Part shown: positions 11,630 through 22,196 of the stretch, piece by piece | Layout of the letters: each line of letters starts with the position of its first letter | Numbering within the stretch: the first letter of the stretch is position 1 | Origin: Geosiphon pyriformis uo1 | Lineage: Eukaryota > Fungi > Glomeromycota | Direction: 5' to 3' | Assembly (NCBI GenBank): GCA_016748015.1 | Contig: JAAOMT010000351.1 | Location: forward strand, 1 to 24,057 | DNA length: 24,057 nt | Position numbers and translations under genes: made by a program | The notes under the pieces: generated by a model | Seen by the model: the letters and a program-made list of their open reading frames with translations, nothing else | Databases searched by the model: none | What the model was told of the DNA's origin: nothing

Positions 11630-12358
11630 ATGAAGCTTTTAGATTAAATTCTACAACTCTCAAAACAACTATTTGACATGATTTAACAATCCAATGCTCA
11701 AATAAAAATCACAATTAATAAAAAAGAAATACAATACAAAGACAAAAACAAGAAAAGAGAAAGTTTAATTAGAACTAACCATTCTCATTTTTTCACAATA
11801 TTTAAAAGAAAAAATTGGCAAAAAGCTCCCTTTCAGACAGGACATGGAAAAAAAAGAGTAAAAAAACAAGAAGTATTTTATAAAAAAAGATACTTGGTCT
11901 CCAAGCTCAAAGAAATCAAAAAGACTTTAGCTCAAAAAACCAATCTCTCCGAAACAGAGGAATAGACACCAGACAACACTCAAGAATAAAAAAAAAGACT
12001 TCTGTTAACTTATTGGTTCTACAAAATTGGAGAACAGTTTGACTTGAAAACACTATATAAAAACCTCAGCCAGAAAACATTCAACAAAAAAGCAATACAA
12101 CAAGTAGAAAAATTCATAAAAAGAAGCAACTTAATGTTATATTACAAAACAGCATACTGATTGTATATTGCTTTCCAATATTGTCCAAATATACTGGTGT
12201 ATAGATTTATAAAAACCATAACAATTAACAACATAGGATGAATAACTAATCAATGATTTGAGGACTTATGAAAAACAATACTCAACACAACAATTGAACA
12301 CTACATAAATGAAGTTATTATATCAAATACATATAATTTTGCAAAAACTCAATTCTAA
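11630..12358 (+). pseudogene. Extra ORF (ORF3) downstream of pol, unknown function, element B
   Basis: ATG at 11630 to TAA at 12356-12358 in one frame (243 codons; internal stops explicable as CAA/CGA/TGG transitions); aligns with C 21517-22183. Confidence 0.7.
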
Positions 12359-12372
12359 AAAGTGAGAGATAA
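12357..12372 (+). promoter_or_regulatory. Polypurine tract, element B
   Basis: aaaaagtgagagataa directly before tattattc; same layout as the PPT/LTR junction of C (gaaaggaggagataa|tattatg). Confidence 0.65.
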
Positions 12373-12799
12373 TATTATTCAAATAGAAAACCAATCCAAA
12401 ATTATAACCAAAAAAAAATGTAACATAACACAGAATAGCATACAATAGTGCAGAATAATACATTATAACATAAAATAACACAGAATAACATGTAATAATA
12501 CCAGATAACATATTATAACATAAGATAACTAAAGATAACATAGAAAAATAAAGCAATAACAGAAATAGCAAAGCAATAGCTAGCAATAGCAAAACAATGG
12601 AAAGCAATTTTGTAAAACCAAAAAAATATATAAAAGCAGATAATCGTAGAAGTTGGAAAAAGGAAACAGTTAAATAGTATTTAATTTTATTTTGTATTAT
12701 ATTTATTATATCCTATATCTATATTCTAAAATACAATAATTATTAAAAAGACAAATTCAAATTACCAATTTATGTTCTTCAACCTTGCAGATTTTAATT
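12373..12799 (+). repeat. 3' LTR of element B
   Basis: Lies between the PPT and the point where LINE coding homology begins (~12800); has a tandem array and TATATAAAA at 12627-12635. No partner LTR in the window. Confidence 0.65.
12421..12600 (+). repeat. 10-bp-period tandem array (NNNN-ATAACA/ATAGCA)
   Basis: taacataaca cagaatagca tacaatagtg cagaataata cattataaca taaaataaca cagaataaca tgtaataata ccagataaca tattataaca taagataact aaagataaca, then aagcaatagc-type units. Confidence 0.85.
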
Positions 12800-13581
12800 G
12801 AGATCAGCTCTAGATTCAGCATAACCATATCTGATGATAAACTAAGAATTCAGCCTATACCCACACACATTCTCTTGATGCTTAACTTTACAAAACAGAC
12901 GATCATAAAATATGTGTCACAGAAGAGAGAAGAAAACTTTTTTTTGGTCCTAACTATTATGTACATGGTAACCAATAGTAAGTCTGAAATCAGTCATAAC
13001 TCAATTGGTATAATCCCTATAAATACTACCAAAAAACCTAATAAATTTGCCATATATTTTAATTCTGACCAAGTTCTTCTTGAGATGCTCTCATCCAACT
13101 AAGTTATATGCTTTCTGCATATCCTGTAAGACTAGTCATAGCTCTTAATTCTTTTCCAGAGCATTCTCAACCATGGACCCAATTGCAAAAATAGGAGATT
13201 GGGTTGTTATACCTTTTAAAACCAAAAAATTGTCACCACAAAGAACATCAAAAATGCTGTATGTCAAAAAAATTCTATCAGAAAAAATCTTGGAAAAAAT
13301 TTTGCAAGCTGTTTCAATCAAAGCAATAGAACAAGTATTTGTAAGAACACCTTCCCATTTATATGGTTTGAGAATCATCGATATCCAAGTCTTTTTCCAA
13401 GGCCCAAGCACTGATTTATTAGATAAACAAGAATTCAAAAGCACCAAAAGCATATCCAAGATTAACTTGTCATAATACTTCCAAAGCTCATTTGAAACAT
13501 CTGAGAGACCAGCAGCTTTGTCATTAAACAGGTCAAAAACCACACTAAACAATTTATCAAATTCTACTAAACATATTACAC
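12800..13581 (-). mobile_element. Non-LTR (LINE) retrotransposon RT fragment, N-terminal part of RT
   Basis: KAAGLSDVSNELWK, WKKTWISMILKP, CSIALIETACKIFSKI, LVLQDMQKAYNLVGW, then eroded GLDQG..SPLL..IFYD; breaks just before the catalytic xxDD. Confidence 0.9.
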
Positions 13582-13862
13582 TGTTATGATTTAAGAATTT
13601 AGCAAAAAAATCATAAAAATAATATAAACTATTCAATCATAATATAGTGCAGTAATAATCTTAGAAAAGTAATGATTAACATAGTAGCAAACACTATTTC
13701 GTGATAATGGCAAGCACCAGTTCACAATAGCAGCCAACACCAACTGGTGATAGCAGCAAACACCAGATTGAAATATCAAAAAGAAAGTATTACAATGTGT
13801 TTTCTTATAGAACTACAAACATGTATATATATAGTAGCTTTAATATTGAGAAAAGACAATCA
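13582..13862 (+). repeat. 5' LTR of element C
   Basis: tgttatgatttaag...aaagacaatca; ungapped match to 22197-22477 with 18 mismatches. Confidence 0.95.
13681..13772 (+). repeat. 4 x 23-bp tandem repeat within 5' LTR of C
   Basis: atagtagcaaacactatttcgtg / ataatggcaagcaccagttcaca / atagcagccaacaccaactggtg / atagcagcaaacaccagattgaa. Confidence 0.85.
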
Positions 13863-14537
13863 AGTAATAAAAATCATAACTTATCAAGCAATAGATCCAA
13901 TTTATTCAACAAACTTCACTTTAAATTGTATCTTTAAATTAAATATCTCAAGAAATCTTTAAATCAAAAAAAATTGAAAAAGAATATTTAAAACTAAATT
14001 ATCACAAACCCAAAGTAGTAAGAAACTCACTTGTGTTAATTATTGAATGAAACTATCATTTATCAGTTGAATTTCTTGGAAGAATAATCCCTAATCAAGA
14101 TTATTTACATTGTTATTAATTGATAAAAGCTTTATTGTAAGAATTAGGAAAAGTGATAAAGACCATTAACATTCTGTGTTTCTAGATTAGAGAAACACAT
14201 CAGGCAATTGCAAGAATAGCCTCAGAGAAGACCCCAGACAGTGGATAGATTTCAGTTCAGCCTCTGAGAAGGAGTACATAAACATACACAACAATTAGGA
14301 ATTGAGAAATAACTTACATCACAACATTAAAGAGAAAGCCTTCAGTATAACAGTAACATTATCACACAAATAGAATTGAGGAACTCATGAGAGACTAATT
14401 GCAATTAAAATGGGATATCAGCAATTAAATATAACAAAAAAACCATTCTGTAACATTTAGTGAATTCTATGAGGAAAGAAAATCAAAAAAGAAATAATAA
14501 TTAGCAATAATTTATTGCTAAAAAGGAAAAGACAAAA

Positions 14538-14845
14538 GTGGCAACAAAAACTCCTAATCTTACTGTTCTTGAATTCTGCTATGCTATTTACACACAACAT
14601 CAAAGTGATCTTGAATTACCAGAAGGGTGTTGTCCAGCAGAATTTGCCCTCACTTATTATATCAATGCCAGAATAAATTATCATATAGGAAAGAAAGAAG
14701 AACCACACAATGCAAAACTTGGATTATATAGAGAATTATCACAATACACTACAAAGGAAGTAGCAGTAATAGCCACAACTATTGTCAAAATCCATTGAGA
14801 AATTGAGCAATATGTTAACAAAAATTTTCCAATATCCACAGGAAA
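14538..14845 (+). pseudogene. Gag N-terminal conserved helical domain, element C
   Basis: ORF 14538-14798 and its continuation past the stop (EIEQYVNKNFPI) align with A 3283-3620. Confidence 0.6.
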
Positions 14846-15411
14846 CACTAGAAAATGCACCAACAAAAGAAAATTTAGAAACTAATTAGGAAAGTAACCA
14901 GCAAAAACTAGAAACACCTGCTCAAACACCAAAGAAAACTGTTACTCAATCAATAAAGAAACAATGTATCTATTCACCAGAAAATAAATCATATCATTTT
15001 TCACCAGAAAATAAGATACAAATTCCATTAGGAGCTGCATCATCATTAACATCAACTCCACAAATGCCAAGAACTCCTAGTTATACTGATAAAATTAAAC
15101 AATGTAACTGGAAAGACATACCAATTACAGAAGGATATTTATCACTATTCCAAAACCCTTTTTTTCAGCCAAAATTTGGAACGGAGTTTGAAAACCATGA
15201 AGAGGAGTCTGAATTGAAATCCAAAAAAGAGACCAGCGAAAAAACAATCACAAGACCAGTCACTGGAACAAACAGCCAGTCCAGAAACCAAGAAACTCAT
15301 AATCAAGAGAAAGAACCAGATATAAAGAAAGCCATTTTTAGGAACATTCAAAGAAATATTATCCCACCTCCTCTTAGACCTATAAGCCCACCAGCAGAAA
15401 ATGGCGATAAA

Positions 15412-15980
15412 ATGGCCACACCATATATCGCAAGACTAACAGATTTCTCAGGAGAAGAAGAAGAAACGAACATGTACACATGACTCAGAGAAGCAAAAAA
15501 AGCCATTCAGACAAATAACTAGAATGACCAAAGAGCAATTCAAACATTACCTTTTTTCTTGAAAGACACAGTTGACTCATGGTATTAAAGTCTAGAAACA
15601 AAATCCACAAGCTTCACCAAATTTAAAAATGCACATCCTGCCCACCTTAATTCCTTATCAGAAGCCATAATGCTCATCAAAGCTCTTGAATTGGCTGAGA
15701 AAGAAGCTAACCATAGTCAAATAGTTAACATAGTAATAGAGGAAAATAAGACAGAAACATTAGAGAAAAGAGTAATACAATTATGGGAGGAACTCTCTAA
15801 GAAAATAGAAAGTTACCTCATCCTGAATTCAAAAAAAAATACATACCAACCACCCCAAAAACGTAGCCAAGAAGTCAGCGACAGTTGAAATAATTGCTCA
15901 TCATGCCAGAAATTCAGAACAGAAACACGCACCCGCCATTTTTGCAAACACATAGGACATTTGATTAGTTAATGTTAAAT
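15412..15980 (+). pseudogene. gag: Gag capsid (internally deleted) plus CCHC knuckle, element C
   Basis: MATPYIARLTDFSGEE..*LREAKKAIQTNN*NDQRAIQTLPFFLKDTVDSWY; RHFCKHIGHLIS*C knuckle near 15934-15976. Confidence 0.85.
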
Positions 15981-16439
15981 GCAAATGATGCAGAAAGCAT
16001 GTAAAAATAATTATTATGCATCACTCCAAATGTCCAGAAACCAGTACACGCCACTACCACATCAATATCCCACCACGTATCAAAATCAAGAAACTTACCA
16101 GCAACAGCCCATAATAGCCAACCCAAATTGGCATCCTAAGCCCCGAAATCAGCCCATATGGAACCAAAATGTGTTGGTTCAGAGGAATTCAAACCACGCT
16201 AAAACCAGTCAGCAAACCAATTCAAACTACCAAAATTATTAACAAACTTACCTTAATATACTGGAAAATCTGATCATTGGAAACACTGACAGTAGAAACA
16301 TAAACAGAACCAAAAATTCCTCCAACAAATTGAGCCAAACAATACCACCAGCAGTTGCCACTGAAGATAGCAGTCTTGTAGCTATTTTTTCTTTTAAATT
16401 AGAAAAAAATAAGGCTATGTTTAATGGAGCAGCATTGGA

Positions 16440-16840
16440 CAAAAAACACCCAATCACTGCTATGTATATGGAAGCCACTGTAAACAATACTCCAATCAAA
16501 CTTATCTTAGATAGTGGATCCACTGGAAGCATTATAATGTTTCAACTAGTAAACCAACTGGGTTTTAAAGTTGATTGTGCCATGATGTCTCAAATCATAA
16601 TAGCCAATGGATGTACAAAGCTGCCTCATGGTGAAATCAACTCATTTCCTTTCGAAGTTAATGGCATAGTAATACCTACAAAAGTATTAATAATAAACAC
16701 TATACAATATCAAGCATTAGTAGAGAATGACTGGTTAACAAAAGCCAATGCCACCCTAGACTGGACCACTCAAGAGCTTTTGATCAATTATAATGGCCAC
16801 CAAGCCAGAATTCTGGCCACCTGTGGCCACTTCCAAAAAC
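16440..16840 (+). pseudogene. Aspartic protease, element C
   Basis: IKLILDSGSTGSII intact catalytic motif and ALVENDWL in ORF 16330-16995; same frame as the end of gag. Confidence 0.92.
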
Positions 16841-17029
16841 CAGTACCAACCAAAGACTTACCTTTGAATTTGAAGAAAATCCAATACTACCAGTCATCGA
16901 AACCTATCAGCTCTCTTGGGCTGATGACCAAAGAACAGGACTACCAGCTGTACCAACATGGGCCAGTGAAGAAAGATCCAAATGGAACCAAATAAGTCCA
17001 AAAAGAAACCACCAGCAATGCAGACCAAA

Positions 17030-17630
17030 GCTAGAATATTTGGTTTGCAAGAAGAAACTCTCGTCTATAACTGCGTGCAGTACACCAGACAAAGACCCAA
17101 GAAACTCCACTCACTACTATTATAACTATTATAAAAAAGAAAAATACGGTTACCCAGAAAGACACGGAAAATGGGATAAAGAACCATGTCTTACTTGTAG
17201 AGAACCATTACTAAGAGAGTACAACTGGAATGACATATTAGGCAGAGAAGGAATGTGTAACGCAACTTGCCAATACATGATTCTCATCTGTCACTGAATA
17301 AGAAGAGAAATGCCATTTGAAGCAATGTTCAATAGAGCATTAAAAAAACTACAGCACTATTCACATGACAAAGATAAGTTGTATAACACCGTACAGGCCA
17401 AAATAAGAGAAGAAACCACTGAAAAAATATGACATTGGAAAGAGTCAGCCAAAATAGCTGACGAAGTTGCCAGCTACAACATGTTCAACCCAGTAGACAA
17501 ATTTCAGGACTACTACCAATAACTATGCCCCACTCAACAAGAACAAAAACAATATCTTGTCCAAATCAACACTTACCTTTGTGAAAACTGTCTTATTCTA
17601 TGCCAAAATCAGTGCTGTAAAGAGTGTCAA
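17030..17630 (+). pseudogene. Cys-rich (putative multi-zinc) domain of element C pol
   Basis: VCKKKLSSITAC..GKWDKEPCLTCRE..WNDILGREGMCNATCQYMIL..LCENCLILCQNQCCKEC. Confidence 0.7.
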
Positions 17631-17769
17631 GACAAAAAGAACTTAGAAAGAAAAATGGAAATTGAGAATCAGCAGTTTCAAAATCAATCAATAAATCAAC
17701 AAGACTTACTTGACAGTCTCAAGTCAGAAAAATTTGTAGTCTATACCAACCTAGAACAGGTGATCAACA

Positions 17770-18192
17770 TCTGATACTTTGACAACAGGCATTTAAGAAT
17801 AATACCTGAAAAGCCTATCCAACTGACACCGGATTCGATCTATGTTATCTGGAAGACCAATCTACAACATTACCATCCAAGAGCATCACCAAAATCAACC
17901 TAAAAATAGTGGTTAAAATTCTGCCAGGAATAATAATTCAAATAGTGTCGCAATCAAGTCTCACAAAAAAAGGAATAAGCATTTAAGGAGAAGTAATTGA
18001 CTCCAAATACACTGGAAATTTGATGGTTTTGCTATAGAACAATTCATAAAAGCCTTATACTATTGAATCTAAGGAAAAGATTGCACAAGCAATTTTCTTA
18101 CTATTGGTAAAAATTGGGAAATTCATGCCAGTGGAAAATTGTGAAGAATTATCACAAACAATAAGAGGAACTTTTGATTTGAATTAACAAGA
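17770..18192 (+). pseudogene. dut: dUTPase domain in pol, element C
   Basis: DTGFDL (17825-17842), SQSSLTKKG, GEVIDSKYTG, KIAQAIF, RGTF.. eroded and frameshifted motif 5. Confidence 0.87.
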
Positions 18193-18714
18193 AAAAAAAT
18201 TGAAGTGAATTTCACTGAAACAATAGAGGAAAAAGATGAAGTAATTAAAACTAAGCAGTCCATCATGCTCCTACCATATGGAAAATCAGAAATAAAAATA
18301 AAAAAAACAATTAAAGAAAAAAACCTAATATTTGAGTTCTACCCAAAAACTTGCCAACAGTTTTTCATAGGACTTACTAACCTTTTTATTTCAGCTGATA
18401 AAGCTCAATAGATAAAAATTTCTATTGCAAACACCACAGAAAAACTTGTTTATATTTTGGAAGATACTATCATTGGATACCTTGGAACAGAGCTAGAAAA
18501 TGCATCAACACCACAAGAAATTCTAAATTTCCCAGAAATCACCCTTTACTGTAAACTCACTTCAATAAATTGGCAACAACTATTGGAATGCTATCAATTT
18601 ACACCAGAAAAATTGGCCAAATTAAACATTAAAACAATGGATCCTGATCAACAGCAACAATTAAAAGCATTAATTTTAAAATACTTTAATATATTTTTAT
18701 GAAATGGCAAATTT

Positions 18715-19440
18715 GGAAGAACCAATTTGGTTCAACACCAAATTTCCACTGGAGATACCAGATCTGAAAAACAACAGGCTTACTGTGTCCCACCAATAGA
18801 GCATAATTTTATTAGAAAAGAAGTCCAAAGCATGTTAGAAAAAAGAATAATCCAACCATCAATGAGCCCATGGTCCTTATCAGTTGTTTTAGTAAGGAAA
18901 AAAAACAGAAAAATTAGATTTTGCATTGACTATCACAAACTAAACAGCAAAACAACCAAAGACTCATACCCAATACCATTAATCAACAAAATCTTCAACA
19001 TTTTTGGAGGAGCAAAATGGTTTTTTATATTAGACTTGACCAGTGGGTACTGGCAAGTGGAAATGGATTCAAAGAACAGGCATAAAACAGCATTCAAAAC
19101 ACAAAATAGCAATTATGAGTTCAATGTAATGCCATTTGGATTGACAAATACTCCTGCAACATTCCAAAGACTAATAGACATAATTTACTCTGGAATTCTG
19201 TGGCAATTCATTGTTGTTTACTTGGACAATACAAATGTTTTTTCACCAAAATTCATGGATTATCTCCAATATTTACAACAAGTTTTTGAGAGATTGAGAC
19301 ATGCTGGACTTAAACTTAATCTAAAAAAATGTTTCTTTGGAAAAAATAAGCTAGCATTTTTAGGACACGTAGTTGGAAAAGATGGAATAAAACCAGATTC
19401 ATCAAAAATAGACAAAGTAAAGAATTTTTCAGTACCTTGA
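18715..19440 (+). pseudogene. pol: Reverse transcriptase (Ty3/Gypsy), element C
   Basis: ORF 18727-19440: SPWSLSVVLV, RFCIDYHKLN, LDLTSGYWQV, KTAF, VMPFGLTNTPATFQR, VYLDN (YLDD with GAC GAT>GAC AAT), FLGHVV. Confidence 0.96.
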
Positions 19441-19619
19441 AACATTTCAGAAGTTAGAAGCTTTTTAGGACTTGCATCTTACTACCACTGCTTTGTAGAA
19501 AACTTTTCAAACATCGCCAAACCTCTTAATTACCTACTATCCAAAAATGTGAAATTTGAATAGACTAAAGCACAACAAAAAGCTTTTGAGTATCTTAGAC
19601 AAAAGCTCATTGAATCACC

Positions 19620-20020
19620 AATAATAATCTATCCGAATTTCAACAAGAAATTTATTTTGGCCACAGATGCCTTTGGAACTGGACTTGAAGCCATTCTGTC
19701 ACAAAAAGATGATAATGGAAGAAAATGTGTAATTGCTTATGCCAGTAGAAGTCTCAATATGGCAGAGCAAAACTACATAACACATGAACTAAAATGCTTA
19801 GCAGTAGTTTGGAGTTGTGTTCACTTTGACACATATTTATGATACAAACCCTTTGATATTACCACAGATCATAGAGGTCTGGTTTGGTTAAATAACAAGA
19901 AAGTGCTAAAAGAAAAATACACTAGATGATCACAAATATTAGCACCATATGATTATATTATCAAATACAAAGAAGGTACCAAAAATGCTAATGCTGACTA
20001 TTTGTTAAGAATGAAACACA
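19620..20020 (+). pseudogene. RNase H, element C
   Basis: LATDA, IAYASRSL..AEQNY..ELKCLAVVW, TTDH, NANADYLLR. Confidence 0.92.
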
Positions 20021-20259
20021 CATAAAAATTACCAATCTACTTGTCATAACAACAATAAACAACCATCTTTACAAAAACCTTAACCAATACTTGGAAACAC
20101 TACAAATAGACTAAAAAATGCTAGTAAAAGAGCTAATTAAGCTCCAAAAATTAGCAAAACACGATTTCATTCAAAATCACATACTTTATTACTGGAATTG
20201 ACAAAATTCAGATAATCTATTAAGAGTTATAACCATGAATGAAAAAAAAACTATCTTAT

Positions 20260-21310
20260 TTAACATGCACTCAGATATTTATTCAGGCCACTTTAGAAAA
20301 ACAACAATTATCTAATGTGCAACTAGCCATTACTATTGACCAAAAATGAGTTCAGACATAATCCAATACATAAAAAATTGTGACTTATGCCAATGAAAAG
20401 AAGGAGCAAAAACAACAGAATTATTAAGACCAATAAAAGTTAGACAGCCATTTAACAGAATTAGAATTGATTTAGTTGGACCCTTACCAATAACAACAAG
20501 AAACAACTATTATATTGCAGTAGCTGTGGACTATCTTACCAAATGGCCAGAAGCTAGAGCTATTAAAACAGCTGATGCTATTTTCATAGCTCAATTCGTA
20601 CATAAAGACTTAATTTGCCAACATGGATGTCCACAAGAATTGCTATCAGATCAAGGCACACACTTCATAAACAGCACTTTAAAAAACTTGACTAAAAATT
20701 TGGAATCAAGCGACCACTGTTATTACCATACCACTCACAAACAAATAGATTAGTTGAAAGATTTAATCACACATTATGCAAATCACTGGCAAAAATTAGT
20801 AATAAACATGAAAAGAATGGAATTTGTTCATACCAGCAGTACTACTAGCATATAGAACAGTAAAACAAGATACTACACAATTCACACCATTTGAACTAGT
20901 TTATTGAAGAAAAGCCACATTACCAATTGAACTTACTATTTCAATTTATCCAAGTGACACTATTACTAAAACAATATTTCAGAAAACACTACTTAGAAGA
21001 ACATACAAATTAATAGAAATTTTAAAAAACAAAAGAAGAAAAGCAGCACAAAATATTGAACAATCACAAGAACAACAAAAAATGAGACATGATAACTAGT
21101 TACCAGATAATATAATTAGCTACAAAATTGGAGATAAAGTATTGTTGCATTGTACAAAAATGGAAAAACAATAGAGTGAAAAATTTGATCACAAGTGGGA
21201 TGGACCATTTTATATTCATGAAATACTTGGAAATGGAGCATACAAGCTAAAACTAGATGATAAAATATTAAGAAAAGCAGCACATGGTAACTAGCTGAAA
21301 TTCTATTACA
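20260..21310 (+). pseudogene. Integrase (HHCC, DDE, GPY/F), element C
   Basis: HSDIYSGHF..CDLCQ, IDLVGPLP, VDYLTKWPEARAI, LSDQGTHF, VERFN, TPFELVY, KIGDKVLL..KWDGPFYI..GNGAYKL. Confidence 0.93.
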
Positions 21311-21516
21311 GTAAATCAGTAATAACAACAAAAACACCCAAAATTAGAACAGAATTACCTTTAATTTTACCAGAACAAATTCCACAAGATTTAGAACCAA
21401 TAGTTTTAATTGAACATTATTCAAAAAGATAATTAATCTTAGATCATAGCAAAAATGATTTAACAACTATAAAAACACATGCAAAAGATTCCAAAATACC
21501 AGTCAAAATTAAAATA

Positions 21517-22183
21517 ATGATACTTATTCCAAAAAACATTAACAATATAACTCAACAATTAGTTGAAAGCTTACAACAATTAAAATCCGATCTGGAAATC
21601 ACAGTTAATAGCTCCAAAATAACATACATAAAAAGAACAATAGAAAATCCAAAAACAAGAAAAGAACATAATTTTGAACCATATAATATTACCAAACATA
21701 ACAACAAATTTATTAGCAAAGTTATTGAAAAATTAGAGATAGCATGGCAATATATTAATAATAAAAGAAATAGAAATAAATAAATTAACACCAGACACAT
21801 TTAGCAACTTGAAAATGAAATTTCCAATTAAATACTATTATTATCAACTAGGAAAGCATTTGAACATACAAATATTATACTCAAAAAACTCAACTAAAGT
21901 GTTTGACAAAACAACTATCTAACTATTAGAACCTTTTATTGAAAAAACCAACACTACATTCTATTTAAAAACAGTTTACAGAATTTTCAAAGCATTTGAA
22001 AACTGTCACAAACTATTGTTGGACCCAACTATGAACATAATAACAACCAACAGTATTGGACGACTTACTAACTTGCAATTTCAAGAATTACAACAACAAA
22101 TTAATAACACAGTATTGAACTACTATAGTAACTTAGAATTTAATGAAAAAATTAACTTCAATTTTGATGGAGCTCAATCTTGA
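21517..22183 (+). pseudogene. Extra ORF (ORF3) downstream of pol, unknown function, element C
   Basis: ORF 21517-21783 plus a frameshifted continuation 21782-22183 with one internal stop; collinear with B 11630-12358. Confidence 0.7.
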
Positions 22184-22196
22184 AAGGAGGAGATAA
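22182..22196 (+). promoter_or_regulatory. Polypurine tract, element C
   Basis: gaaaggaggagataa immediately 5' of the 3' LTR. Confidence 0.85.

Larger units (their letters stand above)
4653..12799 (+). mobile_element. Element B: 5'-truncated degenerate Ty3/Gypsy LTR retrotransposon with dUTPase and extra 3' ORF
   Basis: Domain order gag-PR-Cys-rich-dUTPase-RT-RH-IN-GPY/F (Gypsy order), then ORF3, PPT and LTR; collinear with element C. Confidence 0.9.

Noticed and set aside
12421-12600. CRISPR-like repeat-spacer array
   Set aside because: Units are only 10 bp with 4-nt variable parts, there are no cas genes, and the context is a eukaryotic LTR.
12323-12607. Hydrophobic 94-aa minus-strand ORF resembling a membrane protein
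   Set aside because: Artefact of reading the A-rich LTR tandem array antisense; no counterpart in element C.
12785-13475. Plus-strand ORFs 12785-13102 and 13173-13475
   Set aside because: Antisense to the LINE RT, whose motifs are on the minus strand.
13863-13885. Primer-binding site assignment for C (agtaataaaaatc) and for A (taatgactcc on minus strand, about 4040-4050)
   Set aside because: Both could be G>A-eroded TGGT starts, but they are too degraded to assign a tRNA.
13747-13962. 71-aa ORF
   Set aside because: Spans the LTR and leader of C, non-ATG start, no recognisable motif.
21517-22183. ORF3 as env or chromodomain
   Set aside because: No signal peptide, transmembrane helix, furin/fusion pattern or chromodomain aromatic-cage motif visible.
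4653-22196. Alternative genetic code or stop readthrough explaining the many in-frame stops
   Set aside because: All three stop types occur at Gln/Arg/Trp positions together with destroyed catalytic residues and frameshifts, which indicates mutational decay.
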